A stretch of 55,699 bases of DNA, taken from contig JAWUWF010000115.1 of the NCBI GenBank assembly GCA_034111985.1, forward strand, positions 1 through 55,699, read 5' to 3'. The DNA comes from Pseudophaeobacter sp. Lineage in GTDB: Bacteria; Pseudomonadota; Alphaproteobacteria; Rhodobacterales; Rhodobacteraceae. A program made the translations under genes and the position numbers. The first letter of the stretch is position 1. Each line of letters begins with the position of its first letter. Under the pieces are notes generated by a model, which worked only from the letters and a program-made list of their open reading frames with translations, made no database searches and was not told the DNA's origin. This document shows, one piece after another, positions 46,295 through 55,699 of this stretch.

Positions 46295-47113
46295 ATGCTT
46301 GACCAATCCGATAGCTATGTCACCGAAGATGGTCGCACCATTGGCGGCGTGGTGATGGAAATGAAGAACATCACCCTGCGGTTTGGCGGTGTGGTGGCGA
46401 TCAAGGATATCTCCTTTGATATTCGCGAAGGCGAGATCCGTGCGATCATCGGCCCCAACGGCGCCGGTAAATCCTCGATGCTCAACGTCATTTCGGGCTT
46501 TTACGTGCCACAAGAGGGCACAGTAGAATTTCACGGCAAACCCCGGCCCCAGATGCGCCCCTATGAGGTGGCACAGCAGGGCATCGCACGGACCTTTCAG
46601 AACATTGCCCTGTTTGAGGGTATGACCGTTCTGGACAATGTGATGACCGGGCGCCTTAACCACATGAAAACGGGTCTGTTTCAGCAGGCTCTGTGGAAGG
46701 GCAAGGCCGAGAAGGAAGAAACCGCCAATCGCGAAGTGGCGGAGAAAGTGATCGACTTTCTCGAAATTCAGCACATCCGTAAAACGCCCGTAGCGCGTCT
46801 GCCTTATGGTTTGAAAAAACGGGTGGAACTGGCGCGCGCTCTGGCAGCCGAGCCCAAGCTCTTGCTGCTGGATGAGCCAATGGCGGGTATGAACGTCGAG
46901 GAAAAAGAGGACATGTCCCGCTTTATCCTGGATGTGAACGACGAATTTGGCACCACCATCGCCCTGATCGAACACGATATGGGCGTTGTCATGGATCTGA
47001 GCGACCGCGTGGTGGTGATGGATTACGGCAAAAAGATTGGCGATGGCACACCTGATGAGGTGCGCAATAACCAAGCTGTGATCGACGCCTACCTGGGTGT
47101 TGCACATGACTAA
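46295..47113 (+). CDS. Liv-type ABC transporter ATP-binding protein (LivG-like)
   Basis: GPNGAGKS, ARTFQN, LPYG, LLDEP and EHDM. Confidence 0.93.
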   Translation: MLDQSDSYVTEDGRTIGGVVMEMKNITLRFGGVVAIKDISFDIREGEIRAIIGPNGAGKSSMLNVISGFYVPQEGTVEFHGKPRPQMRPYEVAQQGIARTFQNIALFEGMTVLDNVMTGRLNHMKTGLFQQALWKGKAEKEETANREVAEKVIDFLEIQHIRKTPVARLPYGLKKRVELARALAAEPKLLLLDEPMAGMNVEEKEDMSRFILDVNDEFGTTIALIEHDMGVVMDLSDRVVVMDYGKKIGDGTPDEVRNNQAVIDAYLGVAHD

Positions 47114-47142
47114 AGTTCTGACAGATATGAGGAGAGTGACTG

Positions 47143-48138
47143 ATGTCTGACCAGTTCCTTTTTGCAACCGAAGTTTTCTTTAACGGGCTGATGTCCGGGG
47201 TGCTCTATGCGCTCGTGGCGCTGGGGTTCGTGCTGATCTACAAGGCCTCTGGTATTTTCAACTATGCTCAGGGCGTTATGGCGCTGTTTGCGGCCATGAC
47301 CCTGGTGGGCATCATGGAGGGCCAGGTGCCCTTCAGCCATATCATCAACGCGATGTTTGGCACCGAGGTGCATCATTTCGGCTGGCATGTGCCGGCGCTG
47401 CTGGCGATCCTTCTGACCGTGGGTGTCATGGTGGTCTTTGCCTGGCTGGTGCAGCGTATCGTCATGCGCCATCTGGTGGGGCAAGAGCCGATCATCCTGT
47501 TCATGGCGACCATTGGTCTGGCCTACTTCCTCGAAGGGTTTTCCGACCTGATGTGGGGCTCTGAGATCAAGACGCTGGACGTGGGCCTGCCCCAGGGTGG
47601 CTCGTTCTGGATCGAAGACATGACCGCGAGCCTCGGCACGGATAATTTCTACGGCTTCTTCATCGACAATCTCGATATCGTGGCCACCGTGATTGCCGCC
47701 TTGCTGGTGACTGGTCTGGTGCTGTTTGCACAGTATACCAAACAGGGCCGCGCCATGCGGGCTGTGGCGGATGATCACCAGGCGGCGCTGTCGGTTGGCA
47801 TCTCGCTGAACTTCATCTGGGTTCTGGTCTGGTCGGTTGCGGGTTTTGTAGCACTGGTCGCTGGTATCGTCTGGGGCACCAAATCGGGCGTGCAGTTCTC
47901 GCTGTCGCTGATCGCTCTCAAGGCGCTGCCGGTTCTGATGCTGGGTGGCTTTACCTCGATCCCTGGCGCCATTGTTGGCGGCCTTATCATCGGTGTCGGC
48001 GAGAAGATGTTTGAATTTGCCATCGGCCCCATGGTGGGCGGCGCCACCGAGAACTGGTTTGCCTATGTCCTGGCGCTGCTCTTCCTGGTGTTCAGACCGC
48101 AGGGTCTGTTTGGCGAGAAGATCATCGAAAGGGTCTGA
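47143..48138 (+). CDS. Liv-type ABC transporter permease (LivH-like)
   Basis: YALVALGFVLIY, GRAMRAVADD and RPQGLFG. Confidence 0.92.
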   Translation: MSDQFLFATEVFFNGLMSGVLYALVALGFVLIYKASGIFNYAQGVMALFAAMTLVGIMEGQVPFSHIINAMFGTEVHHFGWHVPALLAILLTVGVMVVFAWLVQRIVMRHLVGQEPIILFMATIGLAYFLEGFSDLMWGSEIKTLDVGLPQGGSFWIEDMTASLGTDNFYGFFIDNLDIVATVIAALLVTGLVLFAQYTKQGRAMRAVADDHQAALSVGISLNFIWVLVWSVAGFVALVAGIVWGTKSGVQFSLSLIALKALPVLMLGGFTSIPGAIVGGLIIGVGEKMFEFAIGPMVGGATENWFAYVLALLFLVFRPQGLFGEKIIERV

Positions 48139-48242
48139 CCCCCTGACAAAGACAGCGCCCCTGCACAGTGTTGGATGGGGGCGCAGCAAGAGACCCCGCA
48201 GCCCGCGCCGCCCTGGCGCATCACAAAAGGAGACTATGCCAG

Positions 48243-48497
48243 ATGAAGCTCATCGCCATCATCAATGTGATAGCCTGGTCCGGCTTCTGGGCCTTTGGAT
48301 ACCTGGCCCTCAGCGCCAATGGTTTCTCCGAAGCGCAGGTCGTGACAGCTGCTGTGCTGGCTGCAACGGGTCTCTTTACCGGCATCATCGCCTATCTGCG
48401 CCTGGCCCGGTCGGCCGAGCTGAGCGGGTATGCGCGAAAATCCAATCAAATGAGCGCAGTGGACCGTAACCGCGCGCAGCAACAGGGGAGCATCTAA
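48243..48497 (+). CDS. Small two-TM membrane protein between the permeases
   Basis: 84 aa, two hydrophobic segments, AAGGAG upstream, ends 3 nt before the next gene. Confidence 0.7.
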   Translation: MKLIAIINVIAWSGFWAFGYLALSANGFSEAQVVTAAVLAATGLFTGIIAYLRLARSAELSGYARKSNQMSAVDRNRAQQQGSI

Positions 48498-48500
48498 CGC

Positions 48501-49577
48501 ATGTTCTATCGTGAAGCCGGGGACTTTAAAGTTTCCTATGAAGAGGACAGCCAGACCTTCCCGATCAAGTTTGATCGCTATCGGTATTACTTTGTGCTGC
48601 TGATTGCCTTTCTGGTTATTCCTTTCACCATCAATGACTACTGGGCCAATGCGATCCTGCTGCCCTTTCTGATCTATTCTATCGCCGCGATCGGGCTCAA
48701 TATTCTGGTTGGCTATTGTGGCCAGGTGAGCCTTGGCACCGGTGGGTTCATGGCGGTGGGGGCCTATGCCTGCTACAAGCTGATGACCGCCTTTCCCGAA
48801 GTGAGCATGTTCATTCATGTTCTGCTGGCGGGTGGTATTACCGGGGTGGTCTGCGTGATCTTTGGCCTGCCAAGCCTGCGCATCAAGGGATTCTACCTCG
48901 CGGTAGCAACGCTTGCGGCGCAGTTCTTTCTGGTCTGGCTGTTCAACCGGGTACCGTGGTTCTACAACTACTCTGCCTCGGGTCAGATCAACGCCCCCGA
49001 GCGCGACGTGTTTGGCATCGTCATCACCGGCCCCAATGCACCAGCCTGGGCGACCTATCTGTTTTGCCTGATTTTCCTCGCCTTTTGCGCGCTGGTGGCC
49101 CGCAACCTGACCCGCGGCACCATTGGCCGCAGCTGGATGGCGATCCGTGATATGGATATTGCCGCTGAAATCATCGGGGTGAACCCGCTGAAAGCCAAAC
49201 TGACCGCCTTTGCGGTATCTGGTTTCTTCATCGGTGTGTCGGGCGCCTTGTTCTTTTCCATCTATCTGGGCGCGGTTGAGGTGGGTGAAGCCTTTGGCAT
49301 CACCAAATCCTTCCTGGTCCTGTTCATGGTGATCATTGGCGGTCTGGGATCCATTTTTGGCTCCTTTGCCGGAGCGGCCTTCCTGGTACTCTTGCCAGTG
49401 GTTCTTAAGGTTGTCGGCGTGGATGTGCTGGGATGGCCCACAGATATTGTGGCGCATTTCCAACTGGTGATCGTCGGCGGTCTGATCATTGTGTTCCTGA
49501 TCGTAGAGCCGCACGGGCTGGCACAGCTCTGGCGCGTCACCAAAGAAAAACTGAGACTGTGGCCCTTCCCGCACTAG
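48501..49577 (+). CDS. Liv-type ABC transporter permease (LivM-like)
   Basis: GYCGQVSLG, LRIKGFYLAVATL, GRSWMAIRD and IIGGLGS. Confidence 0.92.
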   Translation: MFYREAGDFKVSYEEDSQTFPIKFDRYRYYFVLLIAFLVIPFTINDYWANAILLPFLIYSIAAIGLNILVGYCGQVSLGTGGFMAVGAYACYKLMTAFPEVSMFIHVLLAGGITGVVCVIFGLPSLRIKGFYLAVATLAAQFFLVWLFNRVPWFYNYSASGQINAPERDVFGIVITGPNAPAWATYLFCLIFLAFCALVARNLTRGTIGRSWMAIRDMDIAAEIIGVNPLKAKLTAFAVSGFFIGVSGALFFSIYLGAVEVGEAFGITKSFLVLFMVIIGGLGSIFGSFAGAAFLVLLPVVLKVVGVDVLGWPTDIVAHFQLVIVGGLIIVFLIVEPHGLAQLWRVTKEKLRLWPFPH

Positions 49578-49672
49578 GCGGTGAGGGACCAGAACGGCGG
49601 CGGGGATAAGAGCAATACCTAAGCCCCGCCTACGAGACGACTATCGGATAAGACCAAGGGAGGAATAACCCG

Positions 49673-50956
49673 ATGAAACTGAAATTGACTACTCTGGCGC
49701 TGGGCGCCATGATGGCTGCGGGCCCTGTAATGGCGGACCTGGTGTTCCCATCGCTGAGCTACCGTACCGGACCCTATGCTGCTGGCGGCATCCCGTTTGC
49801 GGATGGCTATGCTGACTATTTCACCCTCGTAAACGAGCGTGATGGCGGTGTTGGCGGCGTGATGACCAAGCTGATCGAATGCGAAACCGGCTATAACACC
49901 GAAAAAGGTGTGGAATGCTACGAATCCACCAAAGGCGAAGGCGCCCTGGTGTATCAACCGCTCTCCACCGGTATTACCTATCAGCTGATCCCAAAAGCTG
50001 CGGCTGACGGGATTCCTCTGCACACCATGGGCTATGGCCGGACCTCGGCTGCCAATGGCGACGTCTTTGGCAACGTGTTCAACTATCCTGCAAACTACTG
50101 GGATGGCGCCTCGGGTATCATCAACTACCTGCTGGACGAAAACGATGGCAACCTCAAAGGCAAGAAGATCGCTCTGGTCTTCCACAATTCTGCCTACGGT
50201 AAAGAGCCTATCCGCACCCTGGAAGAGCTGTCTGTAAAGCACGGCTTTGAACTGACCACCCTGCCTGTTGACCATCCTGGTCAGGAGCAGAAATCCCAGT
50301 GGCTGCAAATCCGCCGCGAGCGTCCTGACTTTGTCATGATGTGGGGCTGGGGCGTGATGAACCAGGTTGCCGTTCAGGAAGCCGCAAACATCCGTTTCCC
50401 AATGGAAAACTTCATTGGTGTCTGGTGGTCCGGTGCTGAGCATGACGTTCTGTCCGCGGGTGCGGCTGCAGACGGCTACAAGGCTGTAACCTTCCACAAC
50501 GTTGGCCGTGACTTCCCGGTATTTGACGACATTCAGAAATATGTTGTTGATGCAGGCAAGGCCGCCGGTGCTGGTGATCAAATCGGTAACGTCCTGTATA
50601 ACCGTGGCCTCTATGCGGCGATGTTGGCCGTTGAAGCCGCCAAGACCGCTCAGGAAATCCACGGCACAGCTGACATCACCCCGCAGATGATGCGTGATGG
50701 TATGGAAGCCCTGGAAATGCCCGAAGCCCGTATGTCCGCGCTTGGCATGCCTTACTTTGGTCCTTCCTTTAACGTGTCTTGTGAAAACCACGGTGGCCCC
50801 GGCCTCGTTGGTGTGACCCAGTGGGACGCCGAATCCAAAACTTGGAGCCTGGTAGCAGACTTCCAGAAAACGGATGCCGATGTGATCCAACCGCTGATCG
50901 ATGCTGACTCTGCTTCCTATGCTGCGGAAAACAAAATCGAAGCCCAGTGTAAGTAA
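49673..50956 (+). CDS. Liv-type ABC transporter substrate-binding protein
   Basis: Signal peptide, YRTGPYA...ECETGYNT, periplasmic binding protein fold; GGAGG RBS. Confidence 0.92.
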   Translation: MKLKLTTLALGAMMAAGPVMADLVFPSLSYRTGPYAAGGIPFADGYADYFTLVNERDGGVGGVMTKLIECETGYNTEKGVECYESTKGEGALVYQPLSTGITYQLIPKAAADGIPLHTMGYGRTSAANGDVFGNVFNYPANYWDGASGIINYLLDENDGNLKGKKIALVFHNSAYGKEPIRTLEELSVKHGFELTTLPVDHPGQEQKSQWLQIRRERPDFVMMWGWGVMNQVAVQEAANIRFPMENFIGVWWSGAEHDVLSAGAAADGYKAVTFHNVGRDFPVFDDIQKYVVDAGKAAGAGDQIGNVLYNRGLYAAMLAVEAAKTAQEIHGTADITPQMMRDGMEALEMPEARMSALGMPYFGPSFNVSCENHGGPGLVGVTQWDAESKTWSLVADFQKTDADVIQPLIDADSASYAAENKIEAQCK

Positions 50957-50964
50957 GACCTTTT

Positions 50965-51023
50965 CCGATCCTGCATTTTGTGGGGTCGGGCCTTAATCCG
51001 GCGCGGCGGCTTGCTGCCGCGCC
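50965..51023 (+). other. Two GC-rich hairpins after the SBP gene (mRNA stabiliser or attenuator)
   Basis: CCGATCCTGC...GTGGGGTCGG and GGCGCGGCGGC-TT-GCTGCCGCGCC, with no U-tract. Confidence 0.5.
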
Positions 51024-51080
51024 ACCCCGAACAGACCGGGCCGCGCCGTTAAAGCGCCCTGAACCGCATGAGGACAAGCT

Positions 51081-51920
51081 TTGATGCTGGATGCAGCCAA
51101 CACCACTGATGTGCAGGCCGAGACCCTGCTAGAGGTCAACAATATCGAGGTGATCTACAATCACGTGATCCTGGTGCTGAAGGGCGTCAGCCTCAATGTT
51201 CCCAAAGGGGGCATCACGGCCCTGCTGGGCGGCAACGGAGCCGGTAAGACCACCACCCTTAAGGCGATCTCCAACCTGCTGCGCTCTGAGCGCGGCGAGG
51301 TGACCAAGGGATCGGTGAAATACCGTGGCAAGGATGTACACGACGCGGATCCTGCGGATCTGGTGCGCAATGGCGTGATCCAGGTCATGGAGGGTCGCCA
51401 TTGCTTTGAGCACCTGACCGTGGAAGAAAACCTGCTGACCGGCGCCTATACCCGCTCGGACAGCAAGGCCGATATTCAGCGCGATCTCGAGATGGTCTAC
51501 ACCTATTTCCCCCGTCTGAAAGAACGCCGCAAAAGCCAGGCGGGCTATACCTCTGGTGGCGAACAGCAGATGGTCGCCATGGGTCGCGCTTTGATGAGCC
51601 GCCCCGAGACCATTCTTCTGGACGAGCCCTCGATGGGTCTGGCGCCACAGCTGGTTGAACAGATTTTTGAGATCGTGAAATCGATCAACGAAAAAGAGGG
51701 TGTGACCTTCCTTTTGGCCGAGCAGAATACCAATGTGGCGCTGCGCTATGCCCATTATGGCTATATTCTGGAATCCGGCCGGGTGGTGATGGATGGTCCT
51801 GCAGCTGAGTTGCGCGAAAACCCTGATGTTAAAGAATTTTACCTTGGCATGTCGGACGATGGACGCAAAAGCTTCCGCGATGTGCGCTCATATCGTCGCC
51901 GTAAGCGGTGGTTGAGCTAA
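51081..51920 (+). CDS. Liv-type ABC transporter ATP-binding protein (LivF-like)
   Basis: GGNGAGKTT, SGGEQQM, LLDEPSMGLAP and AEQN. Confidence 0.93.
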   Translation: MMLDAANTTDVQAETLLEVNNIEVIYNHVILVLKGVSLNVPKGGITALLGGNGAGKTTTLKAISNLLRSERGEVTKGSVKYRGKDVHDADPADLVRNGVIQVMEGRHCFEHLTVEENLLTGAYTRSDSKADIQRDLEMVYTYFPRLKERRKSQAGYTSGGEQQMVAMGRALMSRPETILLDEPSMGLAPQLVEQIFEIVKSINEKEGVTFLLAEQNTNVALRYAHYGYILESGRVVMDGPAAELRENPDVKEFYLGMSDDGRKSFRDVRSYRRRKRWLS

Positions 51921-51938
51921 GGAAGTGATGGTGAGCAT

Positions 51939-53156
51939 ATGACCTATTTTGATACCCTAGAAACGCGCTCCGACGACCAGCGCGCCAGCGATCTCGCCAC
52001 AGCTTTGCCTGCACAGATTGCCCTGGCCCAAAGCGCTGCGGGCTACGCCGGTAGTCTGGCCGGGGTTGACGCAAGTACTATTACTTCGGCGGCAGCGCTG
52101 AGCGCCCTGCCGGTACTGCGTAAATCTGACCTCAGCAAAGCGCAGGCGGCCAATGCGCCCTTTGGCGGTTTCACGGTGAAACCCGCCTCTGGCTTTGCCC
52201 ATGTCTTTCAGTCACCCGGCCCGATCTATGAGCCCGGTGGTGTCGATCATGACTGGTGGCGCATGGGGCGCTTTTTGCACGCGGTTGGCATTGGCCAGGG
52301 CGATGTGGTGCAAAACTGCTTTGGCTACCACCTGACGCCCGCTGGCATGATCTTTGAAAACGGTGCCCGCGCTGTTGGCGCCTCTGTGCTGCCCGCAGGC
52401 ACCGGCCAGACCGAGCTTCAGGTGACTGCAGCACGCGATGTTGGGGCCACGGCCTATGCCGGGACACCCGATTATCTGAAGGTGATCCTGGATAAGGCCG
52501 ACAGCATGGGGATTACCCTGGGCTTTACCAAAGCGGCTGTTGGTGGCGGGGCTCTGTTCCCGTCTCTGCGTCAGGAATATGCGGATCGCGGCATCACCTG
52601 CCTGCAAAGCTATGCCACGGCGGACCTTGGCAATATCGCCTATGAGAGCGCCGCGATGGAGGGCATGATCGTCGATGAAAAGGTCATCGTCGAGATCGTC
52701 ACGCCGGGCACCGGCACGCCAGTCGCCCCCGGAGAAGTGGGCGAGGTTGTGGTGACCACGCTGAACCCGGATTACCCCCTTGTCCGGTTTGCCACCGGTG
52801 ATCTTTCGGCGATCTTGCCGGGTGTCTCTCCCTGTGGCCGCACCAATATGCGGATCAAGGGCTGGATGGGCCGGGCGGATCAGACCACCAAGATCAAAGG
52901 CATGTTTGTCCGCCCCGAGCAGGTCGCCTCACTGGTTGAAAAGCACGATGAGATCGTCAAGGCCCGCGTGATCGCAGCGCGCGATGGCGAAATGGACACC
53001 ATGACGGTTCAGATCGAAGCTTCGTCTGGTGATGAGATCAGTTTTGGCAAATCGGTGATCGAGGTGTTGAAACTGAAGGGCCGTATTGAAGTTGTCTCTC
53101 CGGGCACTTTGCCCAAAGACGGCTTGGTGATCGAAGACCAACGCAGCTACGACTAG
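51939..53156 (+). CDS. Phenylacetate--CoA ligase family protein (PaaK-like)
   Basis: LPVLRK, FQSPGP, GTPDYL, YATAD, RFATGD and GRADQ. Confidence 0.88.
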   Translation: MTYFDTLETRSDDQRASDLATALPAQIALAQSAAGYAGSLAGVDASTITSAAALSALPVLRKSDLSKAQAANAPFGGFTVKPASGFAHVFQSPGPIYEPGGVDHDWWRMGRFLHAVGIGQGDVVQNCFGYHLTPAGMIFENGARAVGASVLPAGTGQTELQVTAARDVGATAYAGTPDYLKVILDKADSMGITLGFTKAAVGGGALFPSLRQEYADRGITCLQSYATADLGNIAYESAAMEGMIVDEKVIVEIVTPGTGTPVAPGEVGEVVVTTLNPDYPLVRFATGDLSAILPGVSPCGRTNMRIKGWMGRADQTTKIKGMFVRPEQVASLVEKHDEIVKARVIAARDGEMDTMTVQIEASSGDEISFGKSVIEVLKLKGRIEVVSPGTLPKDGLVIEDQRSYD

Positions 53157-53206
53157 GGCTGGCCGCGTCCTGGGAGCGTCGCTGTGACCCCCAGACCGAA
53201 ATATCT

Positions 53207-53245
53207 ACCCCCGGGATGCCTTGAGGCTCTCGGGGGTTTCTTTTT
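53207..53245 (+). terminator. Rho-independent terminator
   Basis: ACCCCCGGGA...TCTCGGGGGT followed by TTCTTTTT. Confidence 0.75.
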
Positions 53246-53353
53246 GGCAAACGCGCGCCTGAAACTGGGGCCTGCCTTGTCTGCGACAGGTTTCTCGCTG
53301 GAGTTTCTGACCAAAATGATCGCATAAGGGAGAAACAGCCAAGAGCCGGACGG

Positions 53354-55033
53354 ATGACTGCCGTGAGCCAAACAGAAGACTACGCCCCAAAGGGCACCCG
53401 CCGTGGCCGTAAATCCGGAACCGAGGTGTTTTCTTTTCTGGCCTGGTGCGTGGCGCTCGCCTGTATCCTGCCAATGGTCGCAGTTGCGCTGGCTGCCGTG
53501 ACGGGCGGCACCGAAACCATCCAACATCTGGCCGAGACCGTGTTGCCCCGCTATGCGCTGACCACCCTTGGCCTTGTGGCGCTGGTCTCAACGGGCACGC
53601 TGATGATCGGGGTGGGCGCGGCCTGGCTGGTCACCATGACACGGTTTCCGGGCGTGCGTGTTTTCGAGGTCGCTCTGATTCTTCCAATGGCCTTTCCGGC
53701 CTATGTGCTGGCCTATGCCTATACCTATGTTCTCGATCACCCCGGCATCGTTCAAAGCAGCCTGCGACAGGTGACCGGCTGGGGGCCGCGCGACTATTGG
53801 TTCCCCGAGATCCGTTCGCTGGGTGGTGCTGCGATGATGCTGATTCTGGTGCTGTACCCCTATGTCTACCTTCTGGCGCGGGCCGCGTTTTTGCAACAAA
53901 CCGGTGGTGCTTTTCTGGCGGCACGGGCGCTGGGGAAAAGCGCTTTTGAAGCCTTCTGGCGGGTCAGTCTGCCGATGGCACGCCCAGCCATTGCCTCTGG
54001 GGTGTTGCTGGCGGTGATGGAGACCATCGCCGATTTTGGCACCGTTTCCTATTTTGGCGTCCAGACCTTTGCCACAGGGATCTATACCAGCTGGTTCTCC
54101 ATGGGAGACCGCGCTGGCGCCGCACAGCTGGCCCTGTGCCTGCTCAGCTTTGCGCTGATTCTGGCGGTGGTTGAACGGTCCACACGCGGCCAGGCCCGCT
54201 ATCATCAGGCTGGCAAGCAACATGCAGCGATGGCGCCGGCTGATCTCAAAGGCGCGCATGCAACCGCGGCCTGGGTACTCTGTGCCCTGCCGGTTTGTTT
54301 TGGCTTTTTGCTGCCGGTCTTTATCCTGTTCAATATGGGGCTGCAGTCAGAGCAAGACCTTTTTAGCCGCCGCTATGTCGGCTTTTTGCAGAACTCGGTC
54401 TCGCTGGCCACGCTGGCGGCGATGGTTACGGTGCTGGCGGCGATATGCCTTGGATTCTATCAGCGTCTGCGTCCGGGCCGGCCTTCGGCGACAGCCGCCT
54501 ATATGTCGCGGCTGGGCTATGCTGTGCCCGGAGGCGTGATTGCGGTGGGGCTGATGGTGCCTTTTGCCGCCTTTGACAACGCCTTTGACGCCTGGATGCG
54601 GGCAAATTTTGAGATCCGCACGGGGTTGTTGATCACGGGATCAATCTGGCTCTTGGTGGCCGCCTATATGGTGCGCTTTCTGGCGGCAGCGCTTGGCGCC
54701 TATGAAAGTGGTCAGTCCACGGTGCATGCCAATATGGATGCGGCGGCCCGCTCGCTGGGGCAGGGACCCTTTGGCATGTTGCGTCGGGTGCATCTGCCGA
54801 TGCTCACGCCCAGCCTTTTGACGGCGCTGCTGATTGTCTTTGTCGATGTGATGAAAGAGCTGCCGGCGACGCTGATCATGCGCCCCTTTAACTATGACAC
54901 GCTGGCGGTGCAGGCGTATCGCCTGGCCTCGGATGAGCGGCTGGAGGGGGCGGCTGTGCCCTCTCTGGTGATCATGGCTGTGGGTTTGCTGCCGGTGATA
55001 CTGATCTGTCGGCAGGTGGGGCGGCGTCGCTAG
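53354..55033 (+). CDS. Fe(III) ABC transporter permease (FbpB/FutB-like)
   Basis: Duplicated permease with PAYVLAY, METIADFG, AARSLG and MKELPATL..RPFN. Confidence 0.9.
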   Translation: MTAVSQTEDYAPKGTRRGRKSGTEVFSFLAWCVALACILPMVAVALAAVTGGTETIQHLAETVLPRYALTTLGLVALVSTGTLMIGVGAAWLVTMTRFPGVRVFEVALILPMAFPAYVLAYAYTYVLDHPGIVQSSLRQVTGWGPRDYWFPEIRSLGGAAMMLILVLYPYVYLLARAAFLQQTGGAFLAARALGKSAFEAFWRVSLPMARPAIASGVLLAVMETIADFGTVSYFGVQTFATGIYTSWFSMGDRAGAAQLALCLLSFALILAVVERSTRGQARYHQAGKQHAAMAPADLKGAHATAAWVLCALPVCFGFLLPVFILFNMGLQSEQDLFSRRYVGFLQNSVSLATLAAMVTVLAAICLGFYQRLRPGRPSATAAYMSRLGYAVPGGVIAVGLMVPFAAFDNAFDAWMRANFEIRTGLLITGSIWLLVAAYMVRFLAAALGAYESGQSTVHANMDAAARSLGQGPFGMLRRVHLPMLTPSLLTALLIVFVDVMKELPATLIMRPFNYDTLAVQAYRLASDERLEGAAVPSLVIMAVGLLPVILICRQVGRRR

Positions 55034-55083
55034 CTAGGCCTCGTCTAGGCTGCTCACAGGGCTCTCAGCAGGGGCGTAGAGAT

Positions 55084-55699
55084 CTAAGCCGCCCCAGTCC
55101 ACCAGGCGTCAATCTGTTCACGGCTGATCTGGTCGCGTGGGCCAAGGGCGACCAGCTGGGTCTCCTGCGCGTCGCATCGCTTTGCCTCGACATTCTGGCC
55201 GACAATATGCAGCGCATAGGCCCCACCAGAGGTGAGAACAAATCCCTTCATGCGATAGAGCCCTGCAGGACGCGCCGCGAGTTTATCTCCCAGGGCGCGC
55301 CGGTCCAGCGGGGTGCTGCTTTGAAATTGCCAGGTGGTGAATGCGGGATGCGCGACTGCAGCCCGCCCTTTGGGCAGCGGCAGCAGATCAAACAACATAT
55401 CCGCCAGAGGCTTGGCATCCAGCAGGCGCAACCCCCGGGCGCCGATCTGCGACAGCTGATGCCGCAAGGCATCTGGCAGCGCATCTGTTTTGCTCACCAG
55501 CACCAGATCGGCGCTGTTGATCTGTTGACGCACCAGATCCGCCACAGCCGGATCCGCCAGCAGCCCAGCCGCGTTCTGGGCATCCACCAGCGAGACAATG
55601 CCGCCATAGCTGAGCTCGGGCATGTTCTGTATGGTCTGTGCAATGGCAGCCGGATCTGAGATGCCGCTGGCCTCGATCAACAGGTGATCCGGGCGGTCA
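55084..55699 (-). CDS. CobW/COG0523 family GTPase (partial; N-terminus beyond the right edge)
   Basis: Frame open to the edge: DRPDHLLIEASG.SDP, QQINSADLVLVSKTD, and CobW_C motif YRMKG. Confidence 0.88.
   Translation of the reverse strand, partial: DRPDHLLIEASGISDPAAIAQTIQNMPELSYGGIVSLVDAQNAAGLLADPAVADLVRQQINSADLVLVSKTDALPDALRHQLSQIGARGLRLLDAKPLADMLFDLLPLPKGRAAVAHPAFTTWQFQSSTPLDRRALGDKLAARPAGLYRMKGFVLTSGGAYALHIVGQNVEAKRCDAQETQLVALGPRDQISREQIDAWWTGAA

Noticed and set aside
45964-46302. 112-aa plus-strand ORF that neatly bridges the ligase stop and the ATPase start
   Set aside because: Its composition looks like the shadow of the minus-strand ORF, which has a strong RBS. Not fully excluded without conservation data.

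Overview
This is a GC-rich chromosomal segment from an alphaproteobacterium, and gene content and order suggest the Roseobacter group of Rhodobacteraceae. Most of it is conserved backbone: pnp, rpsO, truB, rbfA, dapB, an RsmB-type methyltransferase, purH, lspA, an M16 peptidase pair, mutL and rmuC. Metabolic and transport modules sit among these genes: deoC with a two-domain aldehyde dehydrogenase, a Mn/Zn/Fe ABC importer, a split saccharopine (lysine) pathway, a two-component system facing an acyl-CoA ligase/Liv-type ABC operon, and an Fe(III) ABC permease. I saw no tRNA, rRNA, CRISPR array, transposase or prophage. The strongest unexplained signal is a guanidine-II (mini-ykkC)-like tandem ACGR-loop hairpin in the leader of a PACE-family efflux gene, in an accessory block between rpsO and pnp that also holds an ArsR regulator and a PLP decarboxylase. 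Other notable signals are a SemiSWEET/PQ-loop transporter translationally coupled inside the saccharopine operon, a perfect alphaproteobacterial LexA box before mutL-rmuC-cyclase, a vestigial DtxR-like tail on a metal ABC permease, and CtrA-, Zur-, Mur-, FNR- and Crp-like operators. All calls come from reading the sequence by eye, with no database searches. A few odd substitutions at conserved residues suggest scattered base-call errors.
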